DNA of 64,000 nt from the IMG/VR virus record IMGVR_UViG_2700989228_000034, positions 1 to 64,000 of that record; one strand, given 5' to 3'. Each line of letters begins with the position of its first letter. The first letter of the stretch is position 1. The position numbers were made by a program, and so were the translations under genes. The notes below the pieces were generated by a model that searched no databases, was not told the origin of the DNA, and saw only the letters and a program-made list of their open reading frames with translations. This stretch comes from a virus. Shown piece after piece: positions 57,240 to 64,000 of the stretch.

Positions 57240-58708
57240 ATTACATAATCATAGTCTTCTCCAGAAGTACCATTACCTCTAGAGTGAACTCTCACTATTT
57301 GAATATCTTGTCCTTCCCTTATATTTGAAGTTTGTAGCTGTTTAGCTAAAGCCTCTTTAGCTTTTTGAGGAATTGATGGATAATCATTATTTGGACCTGG
57401 GTCTACATAAGTTACATCTTTCTGATTTAGATTATAGTTTCCCCAATACCAACTTGACCTTAATTTACTCCTAGTTCCACCTAGTCCTACACCTTGTAGG
57501 TCATCTCCTTGCTCTCCTGTACTCCAAGTTCCATCAAGTTTAGCAAGACCAAATAAAGGAGTATAACCTAGTTTCTCCATACTATTAGATTGTCCTTTAA
57601 CACTAGAAACTTTCTTAAAGTCACTTTGACTATTTCCCATATTATCTACAGGAATAGACTTAGTACCACCTTGATTACCAGTTCCTACCTTTGAAACATT
57701 TCCATTTTGTCCTTGCATTACTCTGCCATTTTTATCAACTACCATCCCAATCTTAGGGTCATAGTAACTACCTGTACCCTTTCCATCAGCACCAATTATT
57801 TCTCTAGGTACAGTTTGTTCTCTTTGAAATGCTTGTGTAGCTTCTCTTTCACTCTTTTGGAACTCTTGAGCTGCCTTCTGTCTATCCATAGCATGAGCAT
57901 TACTTAGATTTTCTTGTGCTCTCCAGTTATTAACTAACTGAGCTTCATCTTGACCTACAGCATTCCATAATCCTTGTCTTGCATAATTATATGCTTGTTG
58001 TATAGTTGATTTACTTCCCCAATCCTTTACTCCTGTAGCATCCATAGTAGACTCTACTAAATTAGTTAATACAGGGGAAGCATCTGGATTATTCATGATA
58101 GCTGCAAGAACTGCTCTGCTACTGAATCCTCTTTGTTTAACATACTCATAATAGTCACCTCCTACAAGTTTTCTCATCCTTTCAGGGTTATCTCTAAACT
58201 CCTTAGCTAAAGCAGAAGCACCTGCTGCTACTTGTGCAGTTAATGTAGCTCCACTTATTCCCTTTCCATAGTCAGCAGAAGGATTATGAATAAATTCATC
58301 TAAGCTCATATCTGATGCTCTTCTTTGCCATAATCTTGTTGGGTCTTGAGCTTCTATTTTTCTTTGTTCATCAGCTAATTCTTTTCTTCTATTAGCAGCA
58401 TTTTCTATAGGCTTAATATCACTAGCATATCTTCTTTTCATAGCAAGGAGTTGACTCCTATTTTGGAGAGTCATTCCCTTGCTAAAATCATCTACTATAT
58501 TATTTAAATCATTAGCATACTTGCTATACATTGCATAAGCTTCAGGACTCTGTGTCTGATTTGCAATGTCTTTCCATTGTTCTGTTTGAGCAGCTAAGTT
58601 AGAGTAGTCTGCCTCTACCTTATCATAAGCCTCCTTATATTGTACTAAAGGCTTAATAAGCTCATCATAAGAGAATGGTCTAAATTTACTATCTATAACT
58701 AACTGCAT
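57224..58708 (-). CDS. structural protein (494 aa)
   Basis: overlaps neighbouring minus-strand genes by a few nt. Confidence 0.4.
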   Translation of the reverse strand: MQLVIDSKFRPFSYDELIKPLVQYKEAYDKVEADYSNLAAQTEQWKDIANQTQSPEAYAMYSKYANDLNNIVDDFSKGMTLQNRSQLLAMKRRYASDIKPIENAANRRKELADEQRKIEAQDPTRLWQRRASDMSLDEFIHNPSADYGKGISGATLTAQVAAGASALAKEFRDNPERMRKLVGGDYYEYVKQRGFSSRAVLAAIMNNPDASPVLTNLVESTMDATGVKDWGSKSTIQQAYNYARQGLWNAVGQDEAQLVNNWRAQENLSNAHAMDRQKAAQEFQKSEREATQAFQREQTVPREIIGADGKGTGSYYDPKIGMVVDKNGRVMQGQNGNVSKVGTGNQGGTKSIPVDNMGNSQSDFKKVSSVKGQSNSMEKLGYTPLFGLAKLDGTWSTGEQGDDLQGVGLGGTRSKLRSSWYWGNYNLNQKDVTYVDPGPNNDYPSIPQKAKEALAKQLQTSNIREGQDIQIVRVHSRGNGTSGEDYDYVICVSQ

Positions 58709-58709
58709 A

Positions 58710-61409
58710 TTACTCTCTTGTTAAACTTTTTGACTTTTTCTTCTTAGTCTTTGACTTTATAAGGTTGAACCCTTCTGCTTGTGCTCTAGACATAGGACCA
58801 GGAGCACCAGTAGCATAAAGTTGTCTTACCATGTTCATACCTTTATTCTCATAACCTATATCACCAAGAGAAGATAAAAATCCACTTAGATTAGCAGATT
58901 TAGCAGCTTCAGCAGCCATTCTAGCCCTCTGTCTCATTTCAGCAGCAGCCATTGTACCTCTAAGAGCATAATCTCTTGCATTTGCATAGGCTTGTTGATT
59001 AGCCATATCAGCTTGTAGTTTACCTTGTGAATTAGCTTGATTAGTAGCTCTATTAAAGTCTTCAACTTGCTGTCTTTGTGCTAAGTTATATTCCTCAGCT
59101 TGTCTAAACAAGTCACCTAATTTACTTTGAGCATTATAATCAGCAGCAAGAATACCTGCCATTGCACTGCCCCTGTTACCTCCACTTAGATTAGTTAAAG
59201 TTCTTCTTGTAGCACTAGCTTCTGCTCTAAGCTTGTTAGTAGCATAATCTCTATCAAGTGGTTTATAAGTAAGTTTATTACCAATAGGATTCCATGATAC
59301 AGGCATATAAGAACTCCCTTTTGTAGCTGCTTCTATTTGAGCTGCTTCAGTATAATCTGGTTTATTAGTAATACCCAAAGCATCTGTCAATGCTGCCATA
59401 CCTAAGCCAATAGCAGGAGCGAATCTCCAACCTTCATAACTATTTTTAATCTCTTGAGTATCTTCAGATTCATCTTTAGGTTTACTTTCATCATAGTAGT
59501 AATCAGTATAGATAGTATCTCCTTCTTTAGGTCTCTCTTGTTTTCCTTTAAAATTGTAAGTAGGAAAAGCTTCAGTAAAAGTACGACCTTTATACTGACC
59601 TTTATCAGCAAAACCTTCCCAAGGAGTTATTTCCATAGGAGTTACAGTAGGATTACCATTTGCATCTGTACCTCTTAAGAAGTATCTATTAGCTCTCTTC
59701 AAAGGAGTTGCAGCATCATTGAAGAATTGGTGCATAAAGCCTGGATTGCTATCAGTTGCTAACTTTCTAATCTCTGGTAAAGCAGCATCGGTAAGATTAG
59801 TACTAGCTACTTTATACTGAGGATTAGCAGCATAGAAAGCATCAATAGCTTTCCATCTATCAGTATTTTTATTAGCATTGTTAGTATAATATTTATATTG
59901 CTCATTAAAGGCATTATTTATATCAGCAATGCTCATACTATTGACCTTATCTAAATAGCTTTTAGTATAATTATTATTACTATCAAACCATCCACCATTA
60001 TACCCCGGCACATAATTATAAGGAGTATATGAAAAACCTCCTATACCTTCTTTTGCTATATCAAGAAGTTCATTATCATTTGGGGCTATTGTCCAATTAG
60101 GAGTTTGTCCTCCATTTATTTCATAAGGATTTCTACCATAGTTATCCAGAAATTGATTATAAGTACCATCACCATCAAATAACATTCCCATCTTACCACC
60201 ATGAGCATACTGTACTCCTTCTTGTCTTGCTTGTTTCTTTTGCCTTACTTCTTCCTGAACAGTAGCTAAATCAGACATTATTTCTTGTAAAGTTTCTTGA
60301 CTAATAGGGTCATTAGGTCTTTCCTCTGATACCTTAGCTAATTTCTTGCTAGCTTCAGCAAAGGTCAATTTATCTCCAAGCTTGTATTTATTTCTTATAG
60401 CTTTTGGTACTAACAGTCTCCTACTGAATACATAATCATTGAATATAGTTTCACCTTCCTCAACTAAGTTAGGTTTACCATCAGGAGCTATACCCATAGG
60501 AACACCTTCATAAGGATTACTTTCATGTGTACCTCCTTCGTCAATAAACATAAGTCCTGTAGAAAAGTCTCCACCATTAGTATTTAGCTCACCACCAAAA
60601 GCATGATGCCATTTTGCTGCATTCTGAGCAAATATTGCTCTCTTTCTAGTTAATGGGTTTTTACTATGTGTTAGTTCCTCTGTACTCTTTCCAGTTCTTT
60701 TTTTAGTAGCATTGAATTTACCTCTATTATCTGGGTTGATGTGAATACTTCCACCATCAGCATATTGATTAAGAAGTCCACCAAAAGCAGCAGATGTAGC
60801 TAGTGCATTATCTAGTTGAGTATCTGCTATATTACCTATAGTATTATCTGATGTTCTATTAGCATAACTATAAGCATCTTTTAACTCTGCTTGTAATGCA
60901 GCATTCTTCCCTCTAGCTTTTCCCTTACTGAAAAGACCTCCCTTATAAGCATTAACATTAAAGTTAATGGCATCAGGTCCCATTAAAGACTCATCATCAA
61001 AAGAAGTTGCACCAGCTGCTGCTGTAGCAGAATCATTGAGAGCACTAATACCTTTATTGACTCTATTAATTTCAGCTTGATTAGCTTTCATTCCAAAAAG
61101 AGCATTAACACCACCTCCTACAATATTAAGAACACCCTTAGCAAACCCTCCAAGTACAGGAATAGCACCAAGAGCATTACCTACTCCACTAATAGCATTT
61201 CCAGCTCCAGAACTTAAGCCTCCAGAGATAGCATTTCCTACAAGTCCTCCAACTGCACCAGCTGCTACATTTGCTATACCCATAGTTCCACCAGCTTTAT
61301 CTAAAGCTTTTTTAAGAAAATTGGAACTTCCAGCTTCATCTACACCAGAGTATAAATGCTTAGGTACTGTTAGTAGCCTATTTTTATGTGTAAATTTTAT
61401 CTTATCCAT
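58710..61409 (-). CDS. structural protein (899 aa) with Gly-rich N-terminal repeats (tail fibre/needle-like)
   Basis: GGLVGNAISGGLSSGAGNAISGVGNALGA repeats; many Asn/Tyr-rich segments. Confidence 0.4.
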   Translation of the reverse strand: MDKIKFTHKNRLLTVPKHLYSGVDEAGSSNFLKKALDKAGGTMGIANVAAGAVGGLVGNAISGGLSSGAGNAISGVGNALGAIPVLGGFAKGVLNIVGGGVNALFGMKANQAEINRVNKGISALNDSATAAAGATSFDDESLMGPDAINFNVNAYKGGLFSKGKARGKNAALQAELKDAYSYANRTSDNTIGNIADTQLDNALATSAAFGGLLNQYADGGSIHINPDNRGKFNATKKRTGKSTEELTHSKNPLTRKRAIFAQNAAKWHHAFGGELNTNGGDFSTGLMFIDEGGTHESNPYEGVPMGIAPDGKPNLVEEGETIFNDYVFSRRLLVPKAIRNKYKLGDKLTFAEASKKLAKVSEERPNDPISQETLQEIMSDLATVQEEVRQKKQARQEGVQYAHGGKMGMLFDGDGTYNQFLDNYGRNPYEINGGQTPNWTIAPNDNELLDIAKEGIGGFSYTPYNYVPGYNGGWFDSNNNYTKSYLDKVNSMSIADINNAFNEQYKYYTNNANKNTDRWKAIDAFYAANPQYKVASTNLTDAALPEIRKLATDSNPGFMHQFFNDAATPLKRANRYFLRGTDANGNPTVTPMEITPWEGFADKGQYKGRTFTEAFPTYNFKGKQERPKEGDTIYTDYYYDESKPKDESEDTQEIKNSYEGWRFAPAIGLGMAALTDALGITNKPDYTEAAQIEAATKGSSYMPVSWNPIGNKLTYKPLDRDYATNKLRAEASATRRTLTNLSGGNRGSAMAGILAADYNAQSKLGDLFRQAEEYNLAQRQQVEDFNRATNQANSQGKLQADMANQQAYANARDYALRGTMAAAEMRQRARMAAEAAKSANLSGFLSSLGDIGYENKGMNMVRQLYATGAPGPMSRAQAEGFNLIKSKTKKKKSKSLTRE

Positions 61410-61511
61410 ATTATAAATTATATTATACTACAAAGGTAGTAAAATTTATTTAATCTGCCAAGAGATTTAATAAAAGTTACTACCTTCTATTATAAATTTA
61501 GTCTATAAGAA

Positions 61512-63941
61512 CTAAATAAAGTATTGTACATTAGCATCATGGAATTGAATAAATCCATTATTGCCATTATTATATCTTGGTGCAGCACCAAGTTTTATCT
61601 TACACCATGTATTTCTAATCCTGTCTCTTCTATTGTGAGCATCTCTTGGAACTTGTATTCTCCATACCCTAAACTTCTTCTTTAAGTTAGATGGAATATT
61701 GCCTTTATTCTTCAGTAATACCTCACCAGTATCTTGATATTCATCCCAAACTCTAATGTAATCAAAAGGACACTCAGATGATAATATACTATCAAGTTTA
61801 TCAGACCATCTATCTGCTCTAAAGTCAATATTATTGAATATCTTATCCATTGGTGTAATGCCTTTACTACTACCATTAGATACAAAGGTTAGGTCATAGC
61901 CATAGTACTCACCAAAGAAATAGTTATAATCCCCAGCAAACATCTCATTTAGATAGTTGTTCTTTATACAATAGAACTTATCAACTACATTAAACATAGT
62001 GGGAGTATTGCTATAAGGCATATATGATACAAACTGACCTACTACCTCATTATAGCATAATGATTCAGTCTTTGTAGTGATATATAAGTCATTATTATTC
62101 TTATCATAGAATACTTTAATGGTGTAATTATCAGGCTTCCATATAGAAGTATCTTGCTTACTTAACCATGTAACCATATTCTTCTGTAGAGATAAGTCAG
62201 CTAGCCCATTACTATTAATAGCTTGTAAATGTCCCCCTACTGAGTCAATGAAATATAGTGCTTGAGGTGTAGGACATATAGCATATTTATTTATACATCC
62301 TACTCCATCAGAGATATATCTCTTGCCATCAACCTTATAGTTGTTAGCTATTTCAATAGGTACACCATCAGATGTTGGAATTTGAACTCTTGAGTTGAAT
62401 AATATACCACAGATACCACTATCTTGGAAACAATAGATACTATCATTCCAAGTATTAAGAGACCTAATTTGTCCTTTGGAACCATCCATACTATATGTGG
62501 AAGCAAGTGTTACAGATGTCCAAGGGTCAATATCAGAACCTTGAGCTTTTTCAGTACTCCAAGTAATCTGATTAGGAAATTCATTTAACTTGTAAAAGTC
62601 ATCATCCAAGATTCTATAAGAGAAGAAGTTATCTCTTTGAGAATATACAGGATTAAATAGATTAAAGTTGATTGGAGACATATTAGTGTTATCCATCTGA
62701 CCTCTATTTCTATCATATCTACCATCAATGTTAAGCCTTGTTTCTAGCATGAATGAACCTATCTCAACAATCTGATTAGTGTCTTCTCTTGTGAATGGAT
62801 AAGTTTTTAGACAGTCATATCTACTATACCAAGTATCTCCATATTCAAATACTAAAGTTCCTGTTGATGCTGTTGAAATAGCTTTACCAGCAGGAATCCA
62901 AATATTAGCTCTTAAAGCATCAAGCCTTTGACCTCCAAACATAGTATTAGCATTATACTTTCTACACAGTTCTACTACTGGCAATACTGAGTTATTATTA
63001 GTAGTAGCTAGGTTGGAATAAGCAAAGCACTTTAATACAATATGAGGAGTGGATTTATATTTCATTCTAACAGCTTCTTTCTTGATAGCTAGAGTAGGAA
63101 TAGAATCTGCAATCCTACTATTAGTTCTTACCCATAACCATGCCCCTTTATCTTTAACATAAACCCTTTTATATATACCTTGATTATCTGCTCCATCCTC
63201 CCTTTTAGACCAAGTTTTCCACCAAGAAATACTATCAAACTTAGTAATTGCCTCAGTAGTAATGTACTTTGTACCATCATTAGATTCAGAAGCTTGTGTA
63301 CCAAAGGCAAAATAACTTCCTTCTCCAGCATCAGAAGAAAGTAAAGTATCTATATTTCCCTCATAAATATTATTTCCTACCTTTACAATAGCAACTTCAT
63401 TACTATTAAATACTTGAGGAGTGCCATAGACAGTCCTTGTACTAGAACTCTCATTCCAAATAGTAGATGCTGAGAATCTTAGGTTAGATATTACTTTCTT
63501 ACTAAGTTCAGCACTTCTTAAGCCACCTCCTGCTGGTCTATTACAGTCATTATTTAAAGAGCCATTCCTTTGCCAAGGATATACTAGCCACTTTGCAGAA
63601 CTTCTTTGTTTGTCATAGGCTCTAAATTTACTACCCTTGTCATAGTCATCTACAAGGCAGTCATCATAGAATAATCCACTAATAATTCCTTTTGAACCAT
63701 TATCATCAGTAAATGACTTGTGAGTAAATCCTGAACCACTATTACTAATAGTAGGAGTAGAAGTCTGTATATCTATATCACTACTACAAGAAGTTATTGC
63801 TGCTACACCTACATCCAACAAAGACACCCCAGTTAAGTCTATATTATAAATAGCCTCATCAAAGTCTAGCTCTGGAGAGTGAAGAGTTACAAATCCCCAA
63901 TCAATTTTAAACTGATTATCAGTATTAAACTGACCTTGCAC
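61512..63941 (-). CDS. structural protein (at least 809 aa), tail-fibre-like; may extend beyond the window
   Basis: long minus-strand ORF reaching to within 59 nt of the window edge. Confidence 0.35.
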   Translation of the reverse strand: MQGQFNTDNQFKIDWGFVTLHSPELDFDEAIYNIDLTGVSLLDVGVAAITSCSSDIDIQTSTPTISNSGSGFTHKSFTDDNGSKGIISGLFYDDCLVDDYDKGSKFRAYDKQRSSAKWLVYPWQRNGSLNNDCNRPAGGGLRSAELSKKVISNLRFSASTIWNESSSTRTVYGTPQVFNSNEVAIVKVGNNIYEGNIDTLLSSDAGEGSYFAFGTQASESNDGTKYITTEAITKFDSISWWKTWSKREDGADNQGIYKRVYVKDKGAWLWVRTNSRIADSIPTLAIKKEAVRMKYKSTPHIVLKCFAYSNLATTNNNSVLPVVELCRKYNANTMFGGQRLDALRANIWIPAGKAISTASTGTLVFEYGDTWYSRYDCLKTYPFTREDTNQIVEIGSFMLETRLNIDGRYDRNRGQMDNTNMSPINFNLFNPVYSQRDNFFSYRILDDDFYKLNEFPNQITWSTEKAQGSDIDPWTSVTLASTYSMDGSKGQIRSLNTWNDSIYCFQDSGICGILFNSRVQIPTSDGVPIEIANNYKVDGKRYISDGVGCINKYAICPTPQALYFIDSVGGHLQAINSNGLADLSLQKNMVTWLSKQDTSIWKPDNYTIKVFYDKNNNDLYITTKTESLCYNEVVGQFVSYMPYSNTPTMFNVVDKFYCIKNNYLNEMFAGDYNYFFGEYYGYDLTFVSNGSSKGITPMDKIFNNIDFRADRWSDKLDSILSSECPFDYIRVWDEYQDTGEVLLKNKGNIPSNLKKKFRVWRIQVPRDAHNRRDRIRNTWCKIKLGAAPRYNNGNNGFIQFHDANVQYFI

Positions 63942-64000
63942 TTCTACACTTCTAATAATTTTTGGGTCCCAATTTAAATTATTATTTGTATAAGGAATAC

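Noticed and set aside
1-64000. Alternative genetic code (TAG or TGA reassignment) as reported for many crAss-like phages
   Set aside because: ORFs of 700-2300 aa are uninterrupted in the standard code on both strands, and gene packing is tight with ordinary stops. No in-frame TAG- or TGA-specific breaks were noticed.

Overview
This 64 kb window reads as a large double-stranded DNA phage genome segment. It is AT-rich and densely packed with genes in the standard genetic code. A Bacteroides-type -7 promoter box and the overall gene content are consistent with a crAss-like podovirus of Bacteroidetes.

Positions 1-50068 are a plus-strand early/replication arm. It contains:
- three canonical tRNAs (Met-CAT, Arg-TCT, Arg-CCT) and several small secreted or membrane proteins;
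- a lysis cassette (holin-like protein, lipoprotein, GH73-type glucosaminidase endolysin);
- a replication module (SF2 helicase, DnaB-like and Sak4-like ATPases, SSB-like protein, Toprim primase, family-A DNA polymerase, T7 endonuclease I-like resolvase, PD-(D/E)xK nuclease);
- a nucleotide-metabolism set (anaerobic RNR NrdD/NrdG, dUTPase, ThyX-like synthase, UDG-like protein);
- an Rnl-type ligase, a DUF3310 protein, a HicA-like toxin, a retropepsin-like protease, a GHKL ATPase and two vWA proteins;
- three homing endonuclease genes (two HNH, one LAGLIDADG);
- two giant ORFs (2281 and 1470 aa). The first carries a DFDVD motif like the virion RNA polymerase of crAss-like phages.

Positions 50133-64000 are a convergent minus-strand block of very large structural or tail-like proteins. 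A bidirectional terminator separates the two arms.

The most interesting locus is 6328-8900. It holds a 607-aa protein with Ro60/TROVE-like architecture (helical N-domain with DWxWNKH and DLL(F/R)xxR motifs plus a C-terminal MIDAS vWA domain). A cluster of non-canonical tRNA-like RNAs follows immediately. Two of these carry ~57-nt inserts in place of the anticodon arm, one is circularly permuted, and one lacks a paired acceptor stem. They are interspersed with seven copies of an ACT|TACAA(T/A)ACT stem motif. This is a candidate phage Ro60-Y-RNA (YrlA-like) module, or a system of split/permuted tRNAs that would need processing and ligation.

Second, all three homing endonuclease genes are flanked by synonymously diverged duplicates of the target gene sequence, and one appears to have split its host gene in two.
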